A DNA stretch of 64,000 bases, taken from the human T2T-CHM13v2.0 reference genome, Homo sapiens. Shown here one piece after another: positions 14,401 through 29,838 of this stretch. The notes beneath the pieces were generated by a model. The model ran no database searches. It was not told the DNA's origin and saw nothing but the letters and a program-made list of their open reading frames with translations. The stretch's first letter is position 1; each line of letters begins with the position of its first letter. The stretch lies in NCBI RefSeq assembly GCF_009914755.1, contig NC_060930.1; one strand, 5' to 3'. Position numbers and translations under genes: made by a program.

Positions 14401-15762
14401 TAGCATTTGAGGCCAATGATATGCCTCAGTGGGGCTATATTTCTTTAGGTGACTAAAGCAACACTCGCTGCTAAGTGATTAGTTGAGCCACTTCCATTCT
14501 GGAAGGGCCAGAGGTTCATCTTTACAGGGTTAGGCACCATTCCATGAGTGGGTTTTCCTGTCCTGCTCTCAGACCCTCAGTCAGCACCACTCTCCAGGGA
14601 CTGTTGACATTCCTGATTCACAGGCATGGCATTGCTCTTAGCACACTGTCTTCCTGGCGGAACCCACTTGACAGGGAAGCAGGTGCAGCATTTTCATGGC
14701 CATGGGATCCACTGGTTCTATCACCATCTGCACCACCCAGGGTCTGCCAGCCACTAAGAATGCTGGACAGGTCTTCTACAGGCACAACTCAGTGCCAGCC
14801 TGGAGGAAGCACTCTGAGGAGTGGGTGCTGTCTTTCAGGACATGGTGCATTTATTAAATCAGAGACATCTCTACAGTGCCGTGTTCTCAGTAGGAAGAAC
14901 ATGTGGGTCCAGAAACTAAGGAGTGAAAGTGGGTATGGCTCCATGTCTCATTCCTTAGATTCACCTGCTGTGGGATTTTGCACTTCTCATCTCCCAAACC
15001 TGTGCTCTGCAGGGTAGAAGGTCCTGGATTCTAAAGGAAGGTACTCTTAAATCAGGACAAATGAGAGCCTACTGAAGAACACATTACTATTGCCCCCAGA
15101 GAGATTTGGACAGTATGTGCCCAGAGACCAGCAAGTGAGGAGTCCCCTCCTCTCCAGGCACAGGTAATAGATCCTAATCTCCAGGAGGAGGTTGGGTTGC
15201 TGTCACAATGAGGGCAGGAGGAATGTGTGTGGAACCCAGTGATCCACTTGAGGGGTCTCCTGGTTCCCCTTGTCCCATTGTAAGTGTTAGTGGAATTGTC
15301 CAGCAACCAATCCTGAGGGAATTTGATTTCCAAGGGCCCAGAAACCTCAGGAAGGAAAATTTGAACCATGCTCCCAGATAATCTCCCAAGGCCCTGCTCC
15401 TGTGCTCTGACATCCTCAGCAGCATTGGTGCAGACACCCTGCTTTCCATGGGCTGTTCCCAACCAGTGATGGGTGACAAGAGGGACACTAAGGGAGGCCC
15501 ATGTCTGGAAGACAAGGGCCAACTGTGACGAGAGGACTCCTCTATGGCCTTGCTCAACTCTCGTTAGATTGCCTATGGTCTAGGATGTGTCCAACAAACC
15601 TCCTCTCCTGTCCCTCACTTGGGGGTCACGCTTGCATCTCAGTCTGCTGTCTCTCCCAAGGTTTCCTGGATCTTTTCCCATATTTTCTGGCAGGTGAGTC
15701 CTCTAATAAAATACTGCAACTTTAATCTCATGTCATCTGCTTCTTGGAGAACATGGACCAAC
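11450..15762 (+). mobile_element. Degenerate HERV16 (ERV3-16A3/ERVL) internal sequence with 3' LTR16 (~15300-15762); HCP5-paralogous element
   Basis: Decayed ERVL pol motif near 13670-13740 (TTRKEAHCLVSLFEF*QYHIPH); LTR end aataaaatactgc...ctgcttcttggagaacatggaccaaca; HERV16 upstream of class I genes is an established part of the duplicon. Confidence 0.7.
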
Positions 15763-17409
15763 AAAATCATTTCCATTTACACACCAGTGACCTCTTACTT
15801 TTCCAGTTTGTAAAATCCTTTTTTTTATCCAACTTCTTCCACCTGCTCCAGTTTTGCTAGTATTTGTGTTGTTTTCTTTGAGTAAATTGATGTTCACTGT
15901 TTTAAGTCACTAAGTCTTGGGGTAGTTTGTTACACAGCAACAGATAGCTAATAAACCTCTCTTATGTTTCGATTATTCCATAGTGGTTATCTACATCTGA
16001 TTTATTTCCTTCTATTTTTATAATATTATCCATACATAATGTTTCCCGTTTCTCTCCACCTATTCTCTTCTTGATTTTTCTTTTCCTTCCCACCATTTTT
16101 TCCTACTTCTCATGAAATATTCCTAACATATAAAATAACCCTATGTGGTTATGATATAAGGAAGCATTTTCTGAATCTGTATGTTAAAAGTTTAATGCCA
16201 CAGTGTATGGGATACAAGTAAAGAACAGGAAGTTATTAACAGAGTCTGAGTAAAAAGTGCCTGGTGTAATTCTGCGGCCAAGACAGTGACTTTGAACTCT
16301 TACAGGCTGATGCAAAAATAATTGCAGTTTTTGCCATTACAATAATTCTTACCAAGAACTATTCACATTGGACCAAAGCCAATTGTAATGATCCATGTGA
16401 TGGAGAGAGCCAGAATGCTATGAAAGTGGCCTTGACCAGAAATAGGTCATTTGATCCTTGGCTCATTGACATCTCCATAGATTTTTGGTGTACAATGTTC
16501 GGTCTGATGTGCAAGGTAATTCCATCTTGCAAAGGATTCGATGTTACATTCTACCACACACACACCTGAATTAAACTTTTACAGAATTGGAAATGCACAT
16601 TACTGATCAAAATAAATTAAACAGGAAAAAATTATATAGGAATAACCAGTGATAGAATAGCAAATAGGAATGGAAAACACAATAGGATTGCTTAAAAAAT
16701 ACTGTAGAAGTACAGAATAGCAGTGCTATTTAGAATCATAGTGATGTCCAAATCATGTCTACCACATCTCATTAAAAACCAGAGCGAAAGATGTCAAGTT
16801 TATTATGGAATGCCCACCCAGTAGCCAGTTTTTGGAAAATCTTGTTCCTAAGTTGGAGCTAAGCATTTTGGGCTACTGTATCCAACCAAAGTTACTGACA
16901 TCATGCTAAGCTAGATGTGTTGGCTGAGGTACGAGATTCACATTTTTTCTACCTTAAAAGCAATCTGATTTGGCAAATATTTTTAAAGATGATATTTGAA
17001 TGAGAAAATTGGCATTTGGGACATTCTTAAACTAAATTTGAGACATCTTAGGCAAAACAAATACTTATTTTTAAGGCACTATTGTTATGGCACTGAAGTC
17101 TTGGAACTATTTGATCTAGTTACTGTAAGTTCTCAGCTGTGTTGCAACTCATTAAAGAGAATATTGTTATTAAAGGTATTTGCAAGAAAAACTTAGAGAT
17201 ACTATAGTATCTCCTTTCTCTGTCTCAAACTTTTTTCCCCTCAATACCCAAGGCTCTGTGATGTCTCAAATTTTAATCATTACTTTAAAAAGAGAAGTTT
17301 AAAGCATTAAAGAATTATAATCAGATGAAAGCAGCTTTGGATTTATAAAATTCTGAAACAATAATTTTAATTTTGCTTTTAACATATATGCAAATTCTTT
17401 GATACTCTC

Positions 17410-17890
17410 CACTTTGCAGAGGTGCAGGTTCATTCCCTCCCTGTGAGTGTGGCCTGGACTTAATGATTCACTTCTATCTGATGGAGTGACTGTTGGTGTA
17501 GAACAAAAAACTTACCGTAGCTTCTACCTTTGCTCTCTCTGTCTCTGGGATCATGAACTCTGGGGGAAGCCAGCTGCTGTGCCATAAGCAGACCTGTGGA
17601 AAGGTCCATGTGGCTAGGACCGAGGCCTCCCGGGACCAGACAACAAGGAACTGAGGCCTTTTCCAATAGCCATGTGAGTGAGCCATTTTTCATGCAAATC
17701 CCCAGCCCAGTTGAGCCCTCAGATGATGCAGCCCTGGCTGACAACTGGACTGCAACCTTGTGAGAGGCCCTGAGCCAGAAACACTCAGGGAAACCTCTCC
17801 TGGATTCCTGAGCATTGGAAACTGTGGGAGATGATAAATATTTGTTGCTTTGAGCTGTTACATTTTCAGTAATTTGTAATGTAACAGTAA
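17410..17890 (+). mobile_element. MLT1 (MaLR) LTR
   Basis: gaagccagctgc...aggaactgaggcc...gccatgtgagtgagcc...cagatgatgcagccctggctgac...tgtgagaggccctgagccag. Confidence 0.75.
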
Positions 17891-17964
17891 AAAAAAATAC
17901 AGCTTCACAAGAGAAGATGAATAGTTGCACTTTAATTTTCATTTGCTCTAAATTTATTAGTGTT

Positions 17965-18272
17965 ATTGTTATCATCATTATTATTGAGACAGGGTCTTGC
18001 TCTGTCACTCAGGCTGCAGTGCTGTGGCAGGAGGACAGCTCACTGCAGCCTCGACCTCCTAGGCTCATGTGATCTTCCCACCTCAGCTGTCTGAGTAGCT
18101 GGGAGTACAGACATGCACCACCATGCCTGGCTAAAATTTTTGTATTTTTGGTAGAGACAAGGGTTTTGCCATGCTGCCTAGGCTGATCTCGAACTCATGA
18201 AATCAAGCTCTCTGCCTGACTCCACCTCCAAAAGTGCTGGGATTACAGGCATGAGCCACCACCACACCCAAC
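17965..18272 (-). mobile_element. Alu (AluJ)
   Basis: gagacagggtcttgctctgtcactcaggctg ... ggattacaggcatgagccacc. Confidence 0.88.
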
Positions 18273-18464
18273 CTAAATTAATTATAAAATATTAAACATG
18301 TCATTTGGTTTTAAGAGGTAAGAGGAATTTCCATGGCTAAATAGGATGTATTTTATTATCATTCACAATTATTGCTTTATTTGAACTTCAATTTCCACCT
18401 GTGTCCCAATTAAACTCAAAAGAAAGACCCAAGCCTTGCTAGGCTGATTCTATCATCCCCCCCA

Positions 18465-19345
18465 TGATAGACGTGTAACCTTGGTCATTCACCTGACCCC
18501 AGTTATTCAACCAACAATAATGTAAGTCCTGCCTTGAAGGGATTTTTGCATATATAATTAAGGTCCTAAATCAATTGACTTTAAGACAGGGATTATCCCT
18601 GGTCGGGCTGTCCTCATCTGGCGAGCCCCTGAAAGGACTGGGTTCTTCCTGATCAGAGAGATTCACAGTGTGAGAGGGATTCAGTGTGAGGGGGTTCCTC
18701 CAATGTGGATTCTAAAAATGAAGGGGCTGTGTGGCAAAGAATGCTGGTGGGCACCAGGAATTGAGAGCAGCCTCTCTCTACCTTGACAGTAGGCAAGGAA
18801 CAGGAACCTTAGTCCTACAACTGGCAGAAACTGAATTATGTCGCCTCTGTATAAGCCTGAAGGAGGCCCTCAAAATGAAAACACAGTTTTGGGAAACCCT
18901 AAACAGAGAACCCTCCAATCATGCTCAGATTTCTGACTAAGGAACTGTAAATAAATAAATAAGTGTTGTTTGGTCAAGCGTGGTAGCTCATGCCTGTAAT
19001 CCTGAGGTTTGTGGGAATGACACAGGAGGATTACTTGCAGCCAGGAGTGAGACTAGCCTGGGCAATTTGAGGAGACCTTCCTCTCTACAAAAAGGAATTT
19101 TTTTTTTTTTTAATTTACCTGAGCACGGTGGTACTTGCCTGTAGTCCCAGGTACTCCAGACACTGAGGCAGGGGGACCTCTAGAGGCCAGGAGTTTGAGG
19201 TTGCAGGGAACCATGATCATGCAACTGCACTTCACCGTGGATAACAGAGGGAGACCATGTCTCTAAAAATAAATAAATAAATACAATAAATGGGTGTTGT
19301 TTAAAGCCAGTGTTTGTGGTAATTTGTTATGCAGTCATACAAAAG
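18465..19345 (+). mobile_element. MLT1 LTR interrupted by AluJ (18972-19289)
   Basis: gggatttttgca...attatccctgg...caaggaacaggaaccttagtcctacaac; resumes after the Alu with ttgtggtaatttgttatgcag. Confidence 0.7.
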
Positions 19346-20363
19346 TCATACACAGACTCAACAGACACATGGAATGAATTTATAAATTGATAAGCACACT
19401 ACATGAGTAAAATAAAATATTTCCTTTTTCCAGTATTTTTCATTTTATAATATTCCATGATGCGATTAAATTTTTATACAATCATATTTCATTCAACTAG
19501 TCAACAAAAATTAATTTAGTGCCTATGCTGAACCAGGTATGCCCTCATATGCTCAAGTGCCTGACATTCTAGAAGCTTCACAAGACCGAAGTGGAGCCAC
19601 TGGAGTGTTTTAGGTGAAGAAACGACACACTTTGACTCACAGTAGCAGGACCACTGTGGAGAGAACACTCAGGTGGCAGGTAATGGAACAGTGCTAGAGC
19701 CACTATTCAGGAGTGACAGAGTGGTGGGGACTAAGGGAAGAGGAGGGCCTGAGGGATGAGAGGGACGGAGGGAAGGGCTGGAGAAGCAGGAGGTGAGGAG
19801 AAGGAGCAGAGGGACAGAATTTGAAAGCAGCAGAATTCTTAGCTTTAAACACATTGTTTTATAAATTTTTAATACATCCATCTACAGAGCCTAGCAGGGT
19901 GTTCCTTGCATTTGGCCTTTAACACCTTATGTGGGACTGCCTAAAAATTAATTGCTTTTTCTGCTTTTTTTCAGGTTTAAAAAAATACTAAGTGTTCCAA
20001 TAAAACATGCACACCACTTAGATGCGGATACTTCCTAAAAACAGGAAGTGCATGAGCACTGGTGAGGGGCATTGTGACTGCGTTGAACACTTGCAACTTT
20101 GAGGTGAATGAATGTATTGGCTCCTGGTTGCAATATACAATCACACGTTGTGCTACTTTGTATTGTCAGGAGATGTCCTGGACTCCCACAGAAACTCAGG
20201 GCTATGGAATGAAGGTAATTTTAGAATACAACAAGAGTCACAGATACATAGTCTGGGAAAGCAAAACTTAGGAGCTCTGAGAGTTGTACAACTGTAATGC
20301 ATTTAGACACATTTATATATCAAGGGGCCAAAGTAACAGTTTTTACACATAAGATTCCTGATT

Positions 20364-20682
<319 letters not shown>

Positions 20683-20784
20683 TTACCAAGATTCTACTAC
20701 TCACTGCAGCTAATAAAAAAAAAAAAAAAAGAAAGAAAGAAACTGGTCTCTGTCCTATTTCATATGCTCAGGTACAACTTTTCC

Positions 20785-21002
20785 AGAGAAGAAGAGGAGG
20801 GGGGCGGGGAGGAGCAGGAGGAGGAGGAAAGAAGGAGGAGAAGGAGAAGGAGAAGGAGAAGGAGAGGAAGAGGAAGAGGAAGAAGAAGAAGAAGAAGAAG
20901 AAGAAGAAGAAGAAGAAGAAGAAGAAGAAGAAGAAGAAGAAGAAGAAGAAGAAGAAGAAGAAGAAGAAGAAGAAGAAGAAGAAGAAAAGGAAGAAGAAGA
21001 AA
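20785..21002 (+). repeat. Polypurine tract containing a pure (GAA)36
   Basis: GGA, GGAGAA and GGAAGA units, then uninterrupted GAA at 20879-20986. Confidence 0.95.
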
Positions 21003-21349
21003 CTGTCTCTACACCTTCATTCTCAGGACAAGTTCATTGTCTGGCACCAAGCTCCTTGGGGTGAATTTTCTTCCAAAAGAGTCCGGGGAGTCCAGGTATG
21101 GAATGGGAGGCAGAAAGTTCAATCAAGGGACTGGGATTTCGGAATGAATAATGAAGGGAGATGGACTGGGTCCATGCCGAAGGTTTCTCCCTGGTTTCTC
21201 AGCCCCCGGGCGAAGACTCAGGGAGACATTGAGACACACCCTGCACAGGAGGGGGAGGGGGAGGGGGAGGGCAAAGTCCCAGGGCCCCAGGAGTGGCTCT
21301 CAAGGGCTCAGGCCCCGAGGCGGTGTCTGGGGTTGGGAGGCTCAGTATT

Positions 21350-21505
21350 GAGAATTCCCCATCTCCCCAGAGTTTCTCTTTCTCTCCCAACCCGTGTCAG
21401 GTCCTTCTTCCTGGATACTCATAACGCGGCCCCATTTCTCACTCCCATTGGGCGTCGCGTTTCTAGAGAAGCCAATCAGTGTCGCCGCAGTTCCCAGGTT
21501 CTAAA
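21350..21505 (+). promoter_or_regulatory. HLA-F: HLA-F proximal promoter: enhancer A-like kB site, ISRE, SXY module, CCAAT, TATA variant
   Basis: GAGAATTCCCC 21350-60; AGTTTCTCTTTCT 21371-83; X1 ccttcttcctggatactc; X2 position TAACGC 21422-27; Y box ATTGG 21447-51; CCAAT 21472-76; TCTAAA 21500-05. Confidence 0.85.
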
Positions 21506-21558
21506 GTCCCACGCACCCCGCGGGACTCATATTTTTCCCAGACGCGGAGGTTGGGGTC

Positions 21559-24503
<2,945 letters not shown>

Positions 24504-24706
24504 GACAGCTTCCTTGTGTGGGACTGAGAAGCAAGATATCAATGTAGCAGAATTGCACTTGTGCCTCACGAACATACATAAATTTTAAAAATAAAGAATA
24601 AAAATATATCTTTTTATAGATACAGGTAGATATGTTTTTATAGCATGCACGTAAATGTGTGTGTGTGTGTGTGTGAAGAGAAAGAGTGAATAGAGAGATT
24701 AAGATT

Positions 24707-25247
24707 CTTTTAATGGTGAAAAGATATACATATATTTGGAATTAGCCAGCTTGACTCAGTTTAGGTGATCCCAATTTTGGTGGCAACAACCAAAGCATCG
24801 TAGTCAGGAGCCAGTCGAACATATGCCTTCCTCTCTCCATCAGACTGAATCAGAGTGTTGACTTTGGCCACATCAATGTCACAAACTTCTTCACAGCCTG
24901 TTTGATCTGGTGCTTGTTGGCTTTAACATCCACAGTGAACACAAGTAGGCTGTTGTTTTCTATCTTCTTCACAGCCTACTCAGTGGTCAGCGGAAACTTG
25001 ATGATAACATGGTGGTCAAGCTTATTTCTCCTGGGGGTGCTCTTCCAAGGATATTTGGGCTGCCTCCGGAGTCACAGTGTCTTGGGCCGCCGGAAGGTGG
25101 GTGACATGTGGATCTTGTTTTTTTTGTGGCTGTGGACATCTTTCAACACTGCCTTCTTGGCCTTGCAAAGCCTTCGCTTTGGCTTCGGCTTTAGGAGGGG
25201 CAGGAGCTTCCTTCTTCGTTCTTGGCACCATCTTATGAAAAGGGTCC
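24707..25247 (-). pseudogene. RPL23AP1: Processed pseudogene of ribosomal protein L23a
   Basis: ATG 25231 [22 protein letters not shown] through KIGIT* (stop 24761-63); +1 and -1 frameshifts, internal stops; 5' pyrimidine (TOP-like) leader; TSD AGATTAAGATT at 24696-24706 and 25248-25258. Confidence 0.95.
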
Positions 25248-25267
25248 AGATTAAGATTTTTGACTGA
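24975..25267 (+). CDS. HLA-F: Alternative terminal coding exon of HLA-F (long isoform, 442 aa), antisense to RPL23AP1
   Basis: Acceptor tcttcttcacag at 24974; phase 1 matches exon 6; reads [14 protein letters not shown]...KRVQIKIFD*; 1036+293=1329 nt; AATAAA at 25367. Confidence 0.8.
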
Positions 25268-26079
25268 GTCATTCTAAAGTAAGTTGCAAGACCCATGATA
25301 CTAGACCACTAAATACTTCATCACACACCTCCTAAGAATAAGAACCAACATTATCACACCAAAGAAAATAAATAATTCCATAATATTATTTAAAGTCCTT
25401 TTATGTTCAAATATCTCCACTTCTTTCAGTACATTTTTGTACCTATTTTTTATAGCTTGTTTTCTTAAAATGTCCACTCGTTGCCTTTGGTTATATTTCT
25501 TTAATTACCTACAATCTATAACAATCAACCCATCTTTTTTCTTTTAGAATGGCATTACCTGTTTCAGAGATGAGGCCAAATACCTGTGGAATCTTCTCCA
25601 CACTGAATTTATCATATTATTTCCCCTGATGCCTTTAACTTTTTTCCTCTAACTGCTATGCCTCCTAAGGACCTATGTAGCTCTGGGTTAAACATTTGGC
25701 AGCAATGTTTACAGGAGGAGCTGTGACCGCACATTCATCACATCAGGAGGCACACAAAGCCTAGGGTTACCAGGACTCTTTCTGACCCCATACAGCCAAA
25801 TTTATCCTGACTTCCCCGAGATGCAGAACCATGGGCTGGGTGTTTAGTGGGTATGAGTGTGATATTCTGGCAATAGGAGGTTCTGCCACTCTCCCCATTC
25901 CTCACGAGCTTTAGTTCCCCATACCCTGAGGTTCTGAGCTCCAGACCTTCAACCATCAGGCCAGGCCCCTCCAGACCTAGACTCCCTTCCTGTCTTCTCC
26001 AGCCCCACTCTGCTTGTATCTACTTCCGGATCACTTTCCCTCTACAGGCCCAGCTCCTGAGTGTCTCTACCTCTCAAAC

Positions 26080-26300
26080 AAGTATTCTCATCCAGGAGCA
26101 ATTTTCCCACCAGAGGACATTAGCTATGTCTGGAAAAATGTTTTGTTGCCATGACTGGAGTGAGGAGGAGGTGCTACCAGCATCTTGTGGGGAATGACCA
26201 GGGATGCTGAACATCCTGCAGTGCACAAGTCAGCCCAATCACCCACATAACAGATAATTATCCAGCCCCAATACCAAGATTGCCAAGGGTAAGGAGGCCT
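26080..26300 (+). mobile_element. MER20 (hAT) DNA transposon
   Basis: gaggacatt...atgtctgga...gtgctaccagcatct...cagggatgctg...catcctgcagtgcacaag...taattatccagcccca. Confidence 0.7.
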
Positions 26301-27499
26301 GCCAGGACTTTCTCTCCCTTGAGTACAAGCTTCCTTGAACTGAGGGACACCCTGAAGGAAAAGTGTGGTCCCACCCCAGTCATCTCTCCCTTCCCTGGAG
26401 CTCCATCTGTATGCCTGTAGTGCTTAGGCCTGTAACCTGGGGTCCAGGAACCCACCTTCCCATGAGACTGCATGCAGAAGTGATGATATGTGCACACATG
26501 ACTTCATTACAGGGCATTGGATATTGATATTCATCAGGTCAGCTGGGGCCCAAGACACTACTCTTCTGCCAACAGGCCGCAATCCTCTGCATTAGAGAGA
26601 GGGTAAAGATTGAGGGAGGCCCTAACTTCAAACCTTCTATCACTGCTAGTGAAGTGCCAAAAAGAAGTGCAAGGTCATCTGCCCTTGTAGGAACCACACA
26701 GGAAGGCAGAGTGTCCACCAATGTCAAATTCCATCAAAGAAATAATATTTTGACAAAAAATGCAAGTCACCTTTCTAAGTCCCAGACAGCAGCTCAAAAT
26801 AAAAAGCATTAAACCCCTCAAATCTTAGACCAGGTGAAATTATTGAAGCTGCAGTAAGGTCTTGTGGGACCTGCAGTTAGAGAGAAGGGACAACTCAATT
26901 TGGGACTGCAGCAGAAACCCCTACATCATGGGGTTCCTGGAAGGGACCCTCTCCCTTCAGCGACGCATTACGAGGCCATTTCTAGGTAAAAAGGTAGAAT
27001 TTCCTTGGATTCCTGAGGTTTATTTTACACTTACTGCTTATTCTTTGACTTTATAGAAGCCAACTTCAGTTTGAACATCTTGCAATTAATTTTTTTTGGC
27101 TCTAAGTGGAGAATTTGAACTTGTTTCTGAAGAAAACCAGGGGCTCCTTATGTGAGCAAGCAACCTTCCCTGTGGCCCCCTTATGCAATAAACATAAGCC
27201 ATTGTGAGCCAGCAAAATTTAAAGCAAGGAAAGCAGTAAACCCTCCATTTCAGCATGTTTCAGCCTGTCTAGTGATGTTCTAGTCTTGCCTCACTCTTAA
27301 CATTTTAAAATTTATAATTTTATTTGATTTTGATTTAATAAGAATTCATATGTATTCATTTCTTTTGGGTTTGTCACCAAAAGCCTCCTCCAATCACCTG
27401 TGGAGTAAAGACAAGTAAATAAATGCATGGTGTTCCCATTTATCAGTGCTCACTGCATCTTACAAGTGTATCAGCCCCACTTCAGCTGATAGTACCAGG

Positions 27500-28665
27500 A
27501 AACCTTAATACCCACATACAAAATAATGATGTTGGACAAAATTCATAGCATCACCTTACACCATATTCAAAAATTAACTCAATTAACTCAGAATGGTTCA
27601 AGGAACTCAACTTAGGAGTTCAACCTATAAATCTTTTAGAAGAAAACATTGAAGAAAATCTTAGGAACATTGGATGTGGCAATGGCTTCTTGGCTGGTGA
27701 GCAAAAGCACAACCAATAAAAGAAAAACAATAAATTAGACTATCAAAATTTAAAAACCTTTTTTATATATCAAGGGACACTATTAACAGAGTTAAAAGAA
27801 AATGCACAGAATGGGAGGAAATATTTGCCAGTTATATACCTGATAAAGAATTAATATCCAGAATACATAAAGAACTATGACTTAACAACAGAAAAACAAA
27901 CAATCTCATTCAAAAATGAGTGAACAACATGAATAGACAATTCTCCAAAGAAGATATACAAATGGGCAATAGGCACATGAAAATATGCTGAACTTCACTA
28001 GTCCAAGTGTTGGCGAAGATGTGGAGAAGTCACAACACTTGTACACTGCTGGTGAGAGTGTACAGTGGTATAGCGACCATGAAAAACAGTATGATGCTTC
28101 CTCAAGAAAGTAAAAACACAATTTCCATAGGAGCCAACAATTCCACTTTTGGGCATATACCCAAAAGAATTGAAAGCAGGAACTCACACAGATAATTGTA
28201 CACTCATGCTCGTAGCAGCACTATTCCCAATGGCCAAAAGGTGGAAGCAACCGAGTGTCCATCGGAGGATGATTAGATAAACGACCCATGGTGCACATAG
28301 CATGGAATATTATTCAGCCTTAAAAGTGAATGAAATTCAGGTTGGATGAACCTTGAGAACACTATAAGTGAAATGAGCCAGAAACAAAAAGACAAATATA
28401 ATATTTCACTTATGTGATGCAGCTAAAATAGGCAAATTCATAGAAACAGAGAGTAAAATAGAATTTACCAGAAATTGAGGGTAGGGAGAATGGGCAGCTT
28501 TGGTTTAATGGGTCCAGTTTCTGTTGGGATGATGAAAATGTTCTGGAAATGCATATTGGTGGTGGTTACACAACATTGTAAATGTGCTTTAGGCCACCGA
28601 ATTGTACACTGAAAAAGTGGTTAGAAGGTAAATTACATGGTATGTATGTTTTACCACAATATTAA
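27500..28665 (+). mobile_element. L1 (L1MB-like) ORF2 end and 3' UTR
   Basis: aaaattaactc...gaaaatatttgc...gaagatatacaaatgg...catggaatattattcagccttaaa...ttttaccacaat. Confidence 0.8.
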
Positions 28666-28681
28666 CAAGTATATCAACACT

Positions 28682-29270
28682 AAATCCAATCACTTTTCAC
28701 TCCTCTCCTGCCACCACCCGAGAGCCACCCTCTCAAGAATTGTAAACCAGAAGGGCTTTCCAGCTGGGCTGCCTGCTGCCTCTCATGCCCACTGTCCATT
28801 ACTCACACAAAGGCAGAGTGAGCCTCTCAAACGAAAATTAGGACATATCCTATGAACACCTCAGCCCTTTTCTTTCCTAGGCACAATGAAACCTCAGTCT
28901 CTCACCGTTTCCTACAAGCCCCTCATCATAGGACCCCTGTGGCCTCATCCCGCCATTCTCAGCCCAGCTCACTCGTCTCCACTCACACCAGCCTTTTGTC
29001 ACTGCTCCATCCTGTCTCTGCTACCTGCCCCTGCTGTGACTCCCACATGCACCTGCTCCCCGGGGGTCCACATGGCTCACTCCTCACACCATTCGAGTCT
29101 CTGTTCAAATGTCCCATGGTCAAGTTCTCAGAAACGTCATGCCCAGTTACCTTTTCTGAAATCTATTCCCTGCCATTCCCGCCACTCCCACCAATCTTCT
29201 AGCCTAGGTGTATTTTTTATCAGTGGCAATTATCACTGATACTGTGACAGATTCTATTTGTTTATTGTCT
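28682..29270. mobile_element. L2 fragment (paralogous to 55411-55760)
   Basis: aatccaatcacttttcactcc...ctcaaacgaaaattagga...ctctgttcaaatgtc. Confidence 0.6.
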
Positions 29271-29275
29271 GTTGG

Positions 29276-29318
29276 TGTATCAGGGTTACCAAGACAGAAA
29301 GACCCAATAGAGTAGATG

Positions 29319-29364
<46 letters not shown>

Positions 29365-29838
29365 CAAGAGGGGATTTATTAGTGGAAATGGCTCACATAG
29401 TTATGGAGGCTGATAAGATCCATGAGAGGCCACCTGCAAGCTGGAGAACCAAGGAAGACAGTAGCCTGGCTCAGTCCAAGGCCAAAGGCCTGAGGGGCCA
29501 GAGGAGGAGGTGGGAGGATAAAGGGTTGACTGGTGCAACACTCAAGAGTCCAAAGACCATACAACCTGGAGTTCTGATGTCCAAGGGCAGGAAAAGTGTC
29601 CCAGATTGAGAGAGAGAGAGAGAGAAAATTTGACTCCTTTCTGCTTTTTTGTTCTATCTGGGCCCCTAGGTGATTGGATTGTGGCTGCCCACAGCGAGAG
29701 AGGATTTTCCCCGCTCAGTCACTCACATGCCAATCCCTTCCAGAAACACCCTCGCAGGCACACCCAGAAATAATGTTATACCAGCTATCTAGGCATCCCT
29801 TAACCCAGTCAATATGACACCTAAAATTAACCATTACA
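29276..29838 (-). mobile_element. MLT2 LTR with (GATA)n at 29318-29364
   Basis: tgtatcagggtt...ggctcacatagttatggaggctg...cccagaaataatgtt...aaaattaaccattaca. Confidence 0.8.

Noticed and set aside
11450-15300. Possible functional retroviral gag/pol
   Set aside because: Motifs are broken by many stops and frameshifts; no long ORF
15960-17400. Possible hAT-Charlie transposase remnant
   Set aside because: Plausible from the known duplicon composition, but I could not read a diagnostic motif or termini
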